The notes below the pieces were generated by a model. The model was not told where the DNA came from and did not search any database. It saw only the letters and a program-made list of their open reading frames with translations. From the IMG/VR virus record IMGVR_UViG_3300025066_000019: a stretch of DNA of 20,000 nucleotides; one strand, given 5' to 3'. Both the position numbers and the translations under genes were made by a program. The DNA is from an uncultured virus (IMG/VR IMGVR_UViG_3300025066_000019) (Duplodnaviria; Heunggongvirae; Uroviricota; Caudoviricetes). The first letter of the stretch is position 1; each line of letters opens with the position of its first letter. Of the stretch, positions 8,998 through 15,774 are shown piece by piece.

Positions 8998-9035
8998 AAA
9001 GGGGCGGCTCTTTCGAGAGAGTCGTTCCTTTTTTT
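8998..9035 (+). terminator. rho-independent terminator
   Basis: GGGGCGGCTCT/AGAGTCGTTCC hairpin followed by T7. Confidence 0.8.
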
Positions 9036-9045
9036 ATGGATTGAC

Positions 9046-9075
9046 TTGACAAAACCCCGTTGGGGATGCTATAAT
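9046..9075 (+). promoter_or_regulatory. sigma70-type promoter for tmRNA
   Basis: TTGACA-N18-TATAAT with extended TG, ending 11 nt before the tmRNA 5' end. Confidence 0.75.
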
Positions 9076-9086
9076 AAGGTACACAA

Positions 9087-9490
9087 GGGCCATCACTGGT
9101 ATCGACTGGATGGATTGAATTGTGAATTGCGTGTCGTGGTTGGTTAGTTGGCCACGTAAAAAGCTAACCGAAAATCTTAATTGCTAACACAAATAAGAAC
9201 GTTATCGCCAATACCATCGCTGGTGTTGCTCCTCGTTTCGAGGGAAATAGCCTAAACGCCACAAGCGTTTCTGCTATCCGTTCCGTAGCTCTGGTTGCGT
9301 AACAAAGCCTTGGTCGGGCTAAACAGACCAAACGTGTCGGCGTTACCGGCCTAGTCCCAACAATGTGTATGAGTGGGTAAAGACATCCATTACACTGACT
9401 TTGTTTGCTGAGTAAGATTCAACAAACTATACACGTAGACGTTTGCGGTACAGACATAACAGGACTCGGGTTCGACTCCCGAATGGTCCA
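9087..9490 (+). ncRNA. ssrA: tmRNA
   Basis: GGGCCAT/ATGGTCC-A acceptor with G3:U70; TCGAC after the D-loop; pk1 (CGTGG..GGTTAG..CCACG..CTAACC); tag ORF 9183-9302 ending ALVA*; 3' GGAC-TCGGG-TTCGACT-CCCGA. Confidence 0.93.
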
Positions 9491-9510
9491 CTTGACAGAA
9501 AAGGTTTGAA

Positions 9511-9774
9511 ATGGTAGAAAAGATGGTAGGCAGAGACGAGTTGAAAGCTTTACTTGCCCAACATCAAATTGACGAGGTTGCGAAAGTTTTACAGCCGAAG
9601 AAAGGTCAGTCGTTAGCTGACAGAGCGAGGGAGCTAGTCTCTAATCGTTACGAGCTAAGTGAATTACATCTTGGTGCAAACGATGATGTTGAGTATTGGA
9701 CTGACAGGTTAGGGGATGCGAAAGCAGACGTTCTTTATTGTCAGTCTCAACTTAATATGTTAGGAATAGAATGA
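9511..9774 (+). CDS. hypothetical protein (paralog of the next gene)
   Basis: Shares VLQPK.GQSL..RA.EL with 9771..10031; start 9511 or 9523. Confidence 0.7.
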   Translation: MVEKMVGRDELKALLAQHQIDEVAKVLQPKKGQSLADRARELVSNRYELSELHLGANDDVEYWTDRLGDAKADVLYCQSQLNMLGIE

Positions 9775-10031
9775 CGGTTCATCATACAGGTTGCGAAAGA
9801 CATACTAAATTGACAAGTAGTCATCCCATATGCGTTATGTGTGTTTTGAATGAAGTAGCAAGGCTTGAAGGAATACTTGAACAACTTAAGTTTGTTTTAC
9901 AGCCGAAAGAAGGGCAGTCGCTACCACAAAGGGCGAATGAGCTAAGAGACCAGCTAGTAAATGCAGAAACGGATGCTGAATATTACAAAGCAAAATACAA
10001 TGGCACTTGGCCTGAAGGAGATGACGAATGA
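9771..10031 (+). CDS. hypothetical protein
   Basis: ATGA overlaps at both ends; Cys/His-rich N-terminus. Confidence 0.75.
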   Translation: MTVHHTGCERHTKLTSSHPICVMCVLNEVARLEGILEQLKFVLQPKEGQSLPQRANELRDQLVNAETDAEYYKAKYNGTWPEGDDE

Positions 10032-10456
10032 AGAAGTTAGTCTTAGCGATGATGTTGATGGTGACACTTTGCCTTGTCGGCTGTAAAGGTTCGATTGGGT
10101 TTAAGTTTAATTCTAATCTCCACGCTGCTCCGATTGAACAAGCAGAGAATAGGGTTACAACCTTCCTTTATTTTGGTGCTGACTGGTGCCACTACTGTAA
10201 GGTAATGAAAAGCACAACCTTTGCTAATAAAGAAGTTCAAAAAGAAATTGAGAAGCTGAGGTCTTTTAGACATGAAGGAAAGACTGTTGCGGAACAGGCA
10301 GTCTACAAGAAGTATAAAGTCACTGCGTTGCCCACTGTGATGGTGGGTTATTACAACAATGATAAAAAGTGGGTTGAAGTTGACCGCTATGCTGGTTATG
10401 TCGGCCCTGAGAGTTTTTTGAAGTGGCTACGTAAGCATACAAAGAAACCTTCCTAG
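10028..10456 (+). CDS. thioredoxin-family lipoprotein
   Basis: Lipobox LVGC; FGADWCHYC active site; cis-Pro motif ALPT. Confidence 0.88.
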   Translation: MKKLVLAMMLMVTLCLVGCKGSIGFKFNSNLHAAPIEQAENRVTTFLYFGADWCHYCKVMKSTTFANKEVQKEIEKLRSFRHEGKTVAEQAVYKKYKVTALPTVMVGYYNNDKKWVEVDRYAGYVGPESFLKWLRKHTKKPS

Positions 10457-10458
10457 AG

Positions 10459-10749
10459 ATGCACAAATGCGATACGTGTGGTGGTCAGGATTCGCGTTGT
10501 CCCGACTGCTTAACGCCGGAACGATTTATAACAATACTGCAAAGGGCAATATTGGAAGCGAAGAGAACTGGTAAGAAAAAGAAACGTGAAGATTTAGAAG
10601 CGGTGTTAGCCAACCTCCCCCGGTTTCCAGTGATGGCAATGATGGAGGCAGAGGCTAGAAACTTTAGTGAAGAGTTTATGACGACGTTGAAACGCTCCCT
10701 TCGTGTGCGTGAGTTTGGCGACCAAAAATATTCTGACGAAAACGGTTGA
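10459..10749 (+). CDS. hypothetical protein with N-terminal CxxC-CxxC
   Basis: CDTC...CPDC. Confidence 0.7.
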   Translation: MHKCDTCGGQDSRCPDCLTPERFITILQRAILEAKRTGKKKKREDLEAVLANLPRFPVMAMMEAEARNFSEEFMTTLKRSLRVREFGDQKYSDENG

Positions 10750-10774
10750 CAAAACTAAGAACGAAAGGTATAAT
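10746..10774 (+). promoter_or_regulatory. sigma70-type promoter heading the tRNA array
   Basis: TTGACA-N17-TATAAT. Confidence 0.85.
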
Positions 10775-10805
10775 GTGAAGAGAGAAGGCAATAGTCTTCA
10801 AACAT

Positions 10806-10888
10806 GGAAGTGTTGGACAGGTGGTGTGTCTAGCTGGCTGTAAACCAGTCGCCTTCGGGCATTGTGGGTTCGATTCCCTCCATTTCTA
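10806..10888 (+). tRNA. tRNA-Tyr(GTA)
   Basis: GGAAGTG/CATTTCT acceptor, GCTGG-CTGTAAA-CCAGT, GCCTTCGGGC variable arm, TTCGATT T-loop. Confidence 0.88.
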
Positions 10889-10988
10889 CTAGAGGTTGAA
10901 TATACTTGAAGGAATACCGGAGACTAAGCTTGATAGTGACGGCTCCTGACCAAGATAGTATGTTGGTTGCAACCAATCTCTTAATCAT

Positions 10989-11062
10989 TCCGAAGGGCTC
11001 CTCTAGGTGGGGGGACGCGACTGTTAATCGTGATGCGATTGGTTCGAATCCAATCTTCGGAG
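10989..11062 (+). tRNA. tRNA-Asn(GTT)
   Basis: TCCGAAG/CTTCGGA-G, CGCGA-CTGTTAA-TCGTG, TTCGAAT T-loop. Confidence 0.9.
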
Positions 11063-11064
11063 CT

Positions 11065-11146
11065 TGTCGTTCGTTTTAAGATATAAGATACCGCTCGTGA
11101 GAGCGGAGATGGGGATAGGGGATGAAACCCTGAAGGCCTCACGGCA
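11065..11146 (+). ncRNA. candidate four-way-junction ncRNA, copy A
   Basis: TGTCGT/ACGGCA closing stem and GNRA hairpin CCGCTC-GTGA-GAGCGG; homologous to 18468..18566. Confidence 0.6.
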
Positions 11147-11151
11147 TACAT

Positions 11152-11247
11152 CAAGCAGTTGTCCGCTGATGGTCGCGGTGCTAGTCTTGGAAACTAGAGC
11201 CTGTAAGCCGAACTTACGGGTCGGAGGTTCGATTCCTCTCTGCTTGA
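11152..11247 (+). tRNA. tRNA with Pro(TGG) anticodon and a long variable arm
   Basis: CAAGCAG/CTGCTTG-A, CTAGT-CTTGGAA-ACTAG, 9-bp V-arm GCCTGTAAG/CTTACGGGT, TTCGATT T-loop. Confidence 0.85.
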
Positions 11248-11277
11248 CTTGATTTTTTACACTAATAGGAAAAAGAT

Positions 11278-11490
11278 ATGAAAAGAAGAACGGTTAGAAG
11301 TGTACAAGGTAGTTCTCATAGAGGGACTCCAGAAGTAACAGGAAATACCGTTATATGGTTTGGTAAGCACAAAGGTAAGTATGTAGGAGATGTTCCACAT
11401 GATTATCTACGTAGCTTACTAAATCGAACAGGTAGACACACACCAGCTTTTTTGATGTTGTGTTTATATATTAAGAAAATACTAGATTAA
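11278..11490 (+). CDS. small protein with FGKHKG motif (DUF3820 / exonuclease X C-terminal-like)
   Basis: WFGKHKGKYVGDVPHDYL; AGGA RBS. Confidence 0.7.
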   Translation: MKRRTVRSVQGSSHRGTPEVTGNTVIWFGKHKGKYVGDVPHDYLRSLLNRTGRHTPAFLMLCLYIKKILD

Positions 11491-11563
11491 GGCCCGGTGC
11501 TGTATTGGCTAGGCAGTGAGTTTTTCACGCTCACCTATCGGGGTTCGATTCCCCGTCGGGTCG
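11491..11563 (+). tRNA. tRNA-Glu(TTC)
   Basis: GGCCCGG/TCGGGTC, TGAGT-TTTTCAC-GCTCA, CGGGG-TTCGATT-CCCCG. Confidence 0.88.
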
Positions 11564-11602
11564 CTTACTATTATGAAGTAGAAGAAACTAAGGAACGAGA
11601 CA

Positions 11603-12463
11603 ATGGGTTACCTACATATTAATAACCTGTACAAGGACCAGGACATCTTGATGTTTAAAGAGTGTTACGCACTCGAAAAGATTCATGGTACTTCTGCTCA
11701 TATAAAGTACAAAACAGAGACAGGTATTACCTTCTTCTCTGGTGGCGAAAAGCACGCTAGGTTCGTAGAACTGTTTGACGTAGAAGGGCTCACTGAGAAA
11801 CTCAGAGCATTCGGCGTTGAAGAGATTACTATTTTTGGCGAGGCATACGGTGGCAAATGCCTGGGTATGTCTGGCACTTATGGTAAGGAATTAAAATTTG
11901 TAGCCTTCGATGTTAAGATTGATGACTGCTGGTTAGACGTTCCTAAAGCCGAAGCGATTGTGTTGGAGTTAGGCCTCGAATTCGTTTGGTATGTTAGGTG
12001 TATCACCGACATTGACAAATTGGACTTAGAATGCTATGCTGAGTCAAAGCAGGCTATTCGTAACGGAATGGGTCCAGGCAAGAAGATGGAAGGTGTTGTC
12101 CTTCGTCCTATTGTTGAGTTAACCAAAAACAATGGTAGTAGAGTCATTGTTAAACATAAGAGAGACGACTTCAGTGAGACGAAGACCCCTAGGGTTGTTA
12201 GTCCTGAAAAGTTGAAGATATTGTCAGATGCCAAAGAGGTAGCCGAAGAGTGGGTCACCCCAATGAGGCTAAATCACGTACTCGATAAGATTGAGGGTGG
12301 TGCTTCTATGGAGAAAATGAGAACTATCATCTCAGCTATGATTGAAGACGTAAAGCGTGAAGGTGAAGGAGAGATTGAGTGGTCACAGACTGTTGCCAAA
12401 GCGATTGGTAAGGCAACTGCCGTAATGACTAAGCAATACTTCCAGAATAAACTTCATGCGTAA
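11603..12463 (+). CDS. RNA ligase, Rnl2 family
   Basis: Nucleotidyltransferase motifs I (EKIHGT), III (FGE), IIIa (FVAFD), IV (EGVVLRP) and V (VKHK), plus an Rnl2-like C-terminal domain. Confidence 0.9.
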   Translation: MGYLHINNLYKDQDILMFKECYALEKIHGTSAHIKYKTETGITFFSGGEKHARFVELFDVEGLTEKLRAFGVEEITIFGEAYGGKCLGMSGTYGKELKFVAFDVKIDDCWLDVPKAEAIVLELGLEFVWYVRCITDIDKLDLECYAESKQAIRNGMGPGKKMEGVVLRPIVELTKNNGSRVIVKHKRDDFSETKTPRVVSPEKLKILSDAKEVAEEWVTPMRLNHVLDKIEGGASMEKMRTIISAMIEDVKREGEGEIEWSQTVAKAIGKATAVMTKQYFQNKLHA

Positions 12464-12508
12464 CAATACACCGTTGGTCGCGTCGGGTTGCAAATAACGT
12501 GACACCAT

Positions 12509-12577
12509 GGGGGTACTCTATGGGTAGGCGTTGACTCTTGCAAAGTCGATTGACGGGTTCGATTCCCGATACCTCCA
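12509..12577 (+). tRNA. tRNA-Ala(TGC) with a shortened D-arm
   Basis: GGGGGTA/TACCTCC-A with G3:U70, TGACT-CTTGCAA-AGTCG, TTCGATT T-loop; 69 nt. Confidence 0.82.
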
Positions 12578-12662
12578 CTATGAATAAAGAAGAAAGAAAA
12601 GAGTTTTTGTTTTGGTCTGGTTGTATAGCCATTGTAATCCTTTATTGTTTGGTGTTTAGATA

Positions 12663-12863
12663 ATGACCGATGAACTAGCCGCTCGCAGACATTCTTTTAA
12701 ACTAGGAATGCATATTGAAAGACAGTATGCTAACTATGCTAATCTGACATTTAAAGAGAAATGCCAATTAGTAACAGACGTTAGGATTGCCATGGAAATC
12801 TTTGACGGTGACGAAAGAATTGTTAGACTACATGATATGATTGATTTTTTGAACGGGGTCTGA
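12663..12863 (+). CDS. hypothetical protein
   Basis: 66-aa ORF in the co-oriented gene run. Confidence 0.6.
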   Translation: MTDELAARRHSFKLGMHIERQYANYANLTFKEKCQLVTDVRIAMEIFDGDERIVRLHDMIDFLNGV

Positions 12864-12864
12864 G

Positions 12865-13035
12865 ATGGCTGATTCAACAGATGGACGCGAAACAGGAATC
12901 AACTTTATCTCTAGTTTAGACCTAAATAAAAAAGAGGTTAAGAGCGAGACTCAAGAACTCTTTGATTATTTGTTGAGGTCACAAGATAGCTTTTTGGGTA
13001 TAACAGAAAACCCAGATGGTTCAATTGATTATTAA
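12865..13035 (+). CDS. hypothetical protein (56 aa, below the ORF-track cutoff)
   Basis: MADSTDGRETGINF...NPDGSIDY*; abuts the upstream gene and tRNA-Trp. Confidence 0.55.
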   Translation: MADSTDGRETGINFISSLDLNKKEVKSETQELFDYLLRSQDSFLGITENPDGSIDY

Positions 13036-13038
13036 TAC

Positions 13039-13112
13039 AGGCCGTACTTAAAGCACTGGGTGCAATGCAATCTCCAAAGTTGTAATAAGGGGTTCGATTC
13101 CTCTGCGGCCTG
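13039..13112 (+). tRNA. tRNA-Trp(CCA) with an atypical D-arm
   Basis: AGGCCGT/GCGGCCT-G, GCAAT-CTCCAAA-GTTGT, TTCGATT T-loop. Confidence 0.8.
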
Positions 13113-13204
13113 CTTGTCCTCTGAATAAGGAGAACATTAAACGTGAACGCTAAACCGTAAGGTTCCCCCAGGTCAGGGCGTTATGATAAAAAACTGACAA
13201 ACAT

Positions 13205-13273
13205 GCCTTCACCACTGGATGCGGCACCGGGTCTACGAAACCTGGATGCTAGGTTCGATTCCTAGTGGAGGCA
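13205..13273 (+). tRNA. tRNA-Arg(ACG) with a reduced D-arm
   Basis: GCCTTCA/TGGAGGC-A, CCGGGT-CTACGAA-ACCTGG, CTAGG-TTCGATT-CCTAG; 69 nt. Confidence 0.82.
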
Positions 13274-13279
13274 CTTATT

Positions 13280-13355
13280 GGCCCGGTAGAAGCTGTTGGT
13301 TAGTTTCGCCACCCTCTCAAGGTAGAGTTCAGGGGTTCGATTCCCCTTCGGGTCA
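13280..13355 (+). tRNA. tRNA-Glu(CTC)
   Basis: GGCCCGG/TCGGGTC, anticodon loop CTCTCAA, AGGGG-TTCGATT-CCCCT. Confidence 0.87.
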
Positions 13356-13387
13356 CTTACAGAAGAAGTCCTAGCTAAGGAAACCAA

Positions 13388-13588
13388 ATGAAGTATAATC
13401 TACGAGTGATGGTTGAAGGTTCTACAGTTATTCAGTTGAACTACGAAACAAACGACGAAGAGAACGTTGTGAATGAGATGGCGGAAAGATGTAAGGAAGT
13501 TGCCGCTGATGGAGTTTTTGACGGTAATCAGTATTACCCTCCTAACTCAATCAAAAAGATTATTATGAATATCGACGAGGAAGCTTAG
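13388..13588 (+). CDS. hypothetical protein
   Basis: TAAGGA RBS; 66 aa. Confidence 0.75.
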   Translation: MKYNLRVMVEGSTVIQLNYETNDEENVVNEMAERCKEVAADGVFDGNQYYPPNSIKKIIMNIDEEA

Positions 13589-13598
13589 CTTCCTAAAT

Positions 13599-13671
13599 GG
13601 CCTAGGGTCCAAATGGTAATGGAGGTTGATTGTCTATCAACACGCTGCGGGTTCGATACCCGTCTGGGTCG
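13599..13671 (+). tRNA. tRNA-Asp(GTC)
   Basis: GGCCTAG/CTGGGTC-G, TCCA/TGGA D-stem, GTTGA-TTGTCTA-TCAAC. Confidence 0.88.
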
Positions 13672-13777
13672 CTAATCGGAGGTAGAGTGCGAAGTGTACA
13701 ACTGTCGTGTAGACAGTGTGTCCTAGAGTAACGTCTGGGTGCCAATGACAACAATTTGATATTTAGAAAGACGAACT

Positions 13778-14134
13778 ATGAACTGTAAGTGTGGACGTGA
13801 GTTTACAGCCGATGACATTGAGCAGATGGCAGAGGGTTCGTTGACAGAATGCCCCAGGTGTTCTACCCCATATGAGGTAATAACCACTCATGGTTCTGAT
13901 GCTGTCCTTCCTAATAGTATAGACTTTGATGTCTCCTCATTATTTAAGGACGACGTTGATATACTTGGGGAAGTGAGAGAGGTCACCAAGCAGTTGTTTA
14001 ACAAGTATGGGTATGACCCAGATGACTTTATCGTTGATATTAGATGGAGAGTCAAAGATTTGGAGACTGAGGGTAAGTACATAACCGAAAAAATTGAGGG
14101 GGTTAGTATGAGTCACGTTAGGTTTGAGAAATGA
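13778..14134 (+). CDS. hypothetical protein with N-terminal zinc ribbon
   Basis: CKCG...CPRC. Confidence 0.75.
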   Translation: MNCKCGREFTADDIEQMAEGSLTECPRCSTPYEVITTHGSDAVLPNSIDFDVSSLFKDDVDILGEVREVTKQLFNKYGYDPDDFIVDIRWRVKDLETEGKYITEKIEGVSMSHVRFEK

Positions 14135-14204
14135 CTGGTTGGTCGAGTGGTAAGGCAGTAGGTTGCAACCCTACTTTACGCCGGTTCGAATCCGGCACCA
14201 GTCT
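14133..14204 (+). tRNA. tRNA-Cys(GCA)
   Basis: GACTGGT/ACCAGTC-T (U73), GTAGG-TTGCAAC-CCTAC, GCCGG-TTCGAAT-CCGGC. Confidence 0.92.
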
Positions 14205-14218
14205 CTAAAGGAAGTGAC

Positions 14219-14425
14219 ATGGAAGAAGAATTTGATTATGAAATAGACTGTCCATGGTGTGGGCATGAAGTTGGAATAATTCTAGACTGGGAAGGTGGCG
14301 AGTGTCCTAATTGTCATAACGAATACACAGAAGAAGAACGTTGTACGGAAGACTACAGCGATTGCTGGGCGGAACTAGACTGGGACCGCTGGAGACCAGC
14401 AGAAGAACGAAGTAAGCAGGTATAG
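14219..14425 (+). CDS. small acidic zinc-finger protein
   Basis: CPWCG...CPNCH; AGGA RBS. Confidence 0.75.
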   Translation: MEEEFDYEIDCPWCGHEVGIILDWEGGECPNCHNEYTEEERCTEDYSDCWAELDWDRWRPAEERSKQV

Positions 14426-14488
14426 TATAATCTGGCAGTACCACGGTTTCGTACTCCGTAAGTTTCGGTTCGAGTCCGAATGCCTGCT
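14416..14488 (+). tRNA. tRNA-Thr(CGT)
   Basis: GCAGGTA/TGCCTGC, ACGG(T)-TTCGTAC-(T)CCGT, TTCGG-TTCGAGT-CCGAA. Confidence 0.85.
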
Positions 14489-14489
14489 C

Positions 14490-14518
14490 TTGACAAATTG
14501 ACGTTTAGGTGTTATGAT
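14490..14518 (+). promoter_or_regulatory. sigma70-type promoter
   Basis: TTGACA-N17-TATGAT with extended TG; spacer shares TTGACGTT with the 15957 promoter. Confidence 0.6.
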
Positions 14519-14520
14519 AT

Positions 14521-14594
14521 GGGCAATTGGCTTAGATGGTTAAAGCACTACGTTGACATCGTAGAGACCGCTGGTTCGAGTCCAGCATTGCTCA
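14521..14594 (+). tRNA. tRNA-Val(GAC)
   Basis: GGGCAAT/ATTGCTC-A, CTACG-TTGACAT-CGTAG, GCTGG-TTCGAGT-CCAGC. Confidence 0.92.
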
Positions 14595-14624
14595 CTTACT
14601 AATTTTGACTTTAAGGAAAATAAG

Positions 14625-14852
14625 ATGTCTGATTCAAGTACAGGTAAAACGACTGTTAGTTGTTCGCTTCCAAGTGTAATGCTTCTAACGATTATTTTGT
14701 TGGTGTTGCAATACACTGTCGCACCTCAGCTTCCCTGGTGGCTAGTTTGGGGACCACTGATGCTCTTTGGTACAGTCCTAGCAGGTTTCATTGGGTTTGG
14801 ATTGCTTTTACTTGCGATTGGTTTTATTGGAGCGGTTTTTATAGGCGATTAG
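14625..14852 (+). CDS. small membrane protein
   Basis: TAAGGA RBS; two hydrophobic segments with PWWLVWGPL. Confidence 0.8.
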   Translation: MSDSSTGKTTVSCSLPSVMLLTIILLVLQYTVAPQLPWWLVWGPLMLFGTVLAGFIGFGLLLLAIGFIGAVFIGD

Positions 14853-14913
14853 TTCAATGGTAGAACAGGTGTCTTACATGCATCATACGTGGGTTCGATT
14901 CCCTCATTGCCTA
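14843..14913 (+). tRNA. tRNA-Val(TAC)
   Basis: AGGCGAT/ATTGCCT-A, GTTC/GAAC D-stem, GGTGT-CTTACAT-GCATC. Confidence 0.9.
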
Positions 14914-15008
14914 CTAGTCACGATAAATAGCTCTTATGGCTTGTGACCATAATGACTGAATCGTTTGAGTGTTTTGTTGTCGCAAGTAATGGAACACAAG
15001 ACTATTAT

Positions 15009-15082
15009 GGTAGCGTTAGTGTAATGGTTTGCACGTCTCGCTGTGAACGAGAAAGGGTAGGGTTCGATTCCCTCATGTTACC
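15009..15082 (+). tRNA. tRNA-His(GTG)
   Basis: G-1:C73 pair, GTAGCGT/ATGTTAC, TCTCG-CTGTGAA-CGAGA. Confidence 0.9.
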
Positions 15083-15160
15083 CCTTTATGTCCGGTAATG
15101 TCCGGTAACGGTCTAAACAGACCCTAAGTCCTTATTTTTCGATAGGTTTTGTGTCCGGTA

Positions 15161-15760
15161 ATGTCTGAATACAAATGTGAATGTTGTGGTGTTGAACTAA
15201 TAGAAGGTCATCGTTACCGTCTATGTTGGTTTTGTGAGTATACATCATCCACTCGTTTAGATGGCCCAAACGAAGAAATTTCCGTAATCGGTAACAACAA
15301 ACATTGGTTGGAAGAACCAGTTAAAGCCGAAAAGGCTGACCCTGGACCAGAGAATGAGACTGACTTGTCGGCTCTAGAGAAGAGAGTGGTTAGACTAGAA
15401 GAGATTATTGCTGGTTATGAAACGTTTTTTAATTCAGATGCAGAAATAATTGTTGGACTGCCTATTCCTGATGAAGATGAAAACCCCCAAATGAAAGGGT
15501 GGTACGGTTGGGCAGAGGTTGGTTTTGCTAACACAGAAGAGACTCGCGTTGTTATTGAACAACCAGAAGATGATGAAGACGGGGTTGTCCGTACTGGAAC
15601 ATTTAAGGACCAAGGTTTTTGCGGGGGGTTGTGTCAAAGACATACAATACTTGAATACTATTGTTCTGGTCACGAAAGGGATTCCTCTGGGGATACCATT
15701 ACCTGTTTGACTTGTGGCTCTGTACAATATGGAATGAGCGGTAAGTGGCAAAAACCATAG
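15161..15760 (+). CDS. Cys-rich acidic hypothetical protein
   Basis: Probable start ATG 15161 (MSEYKCECC); several CxxC pairs. Confidence 0.7.
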   Translation: MSEYKCECCGVELIEGHRYRLCWFCEYTSSTRLDGPNEEISVIGNNKHWLEEPVKAEKADPGPENETDLSALEKRVVRLEEIIAGYETFFNSDAEIIVGLPIPDEDENPQMKGWYGWAEVGFANTEETRVVIEQPEDDEDGVVRTGTFKDQGFCGGLCQRHTILEYYCSGHERDSSGDTITCLTCGSVQYGMSGKWQKP

Positions 15761-15774
15761 GAGGTTATCAGTAA

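Noticed and set aside
8893..9147. 84-aa + strand ORF
   Set aside because: It runs through the terminator, promoter and tmRNA 5' end.
9492..9520. TTGACA-N17-TAGAAA promoter after tmRNA
   Set aside because: The -10 lacks the conserved final T, and the start site would fall inside the ORF.
11064..11252. 62-aa + strand ORF
   Set aside because: It coincides with the four-way-junction RNA and the Pro-anticodon tRNA.
13113..13200. Theta/HDV-like ribozyme or SAM-II/preQ1 riboswitch assignment
   Set aside because: I could not fit the HDV nested double pseudoknot or the ligand-binding consensus; it is kept only as a generic pseudoknot.
14915..15007. Hairpins in the Val-His spacer (GTCACGA/TTGTGAC, GTGTTT/GAACAC)
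   Set aside because: Single-copy simple hairpins with no distinguishing motif; insufficient support.
14660..15710. Alternative-frame + ORFs 14660-14863 and 15519-15710
   Set aside because: They are nested in or overlap better ORFs that have plausible starts and composition.
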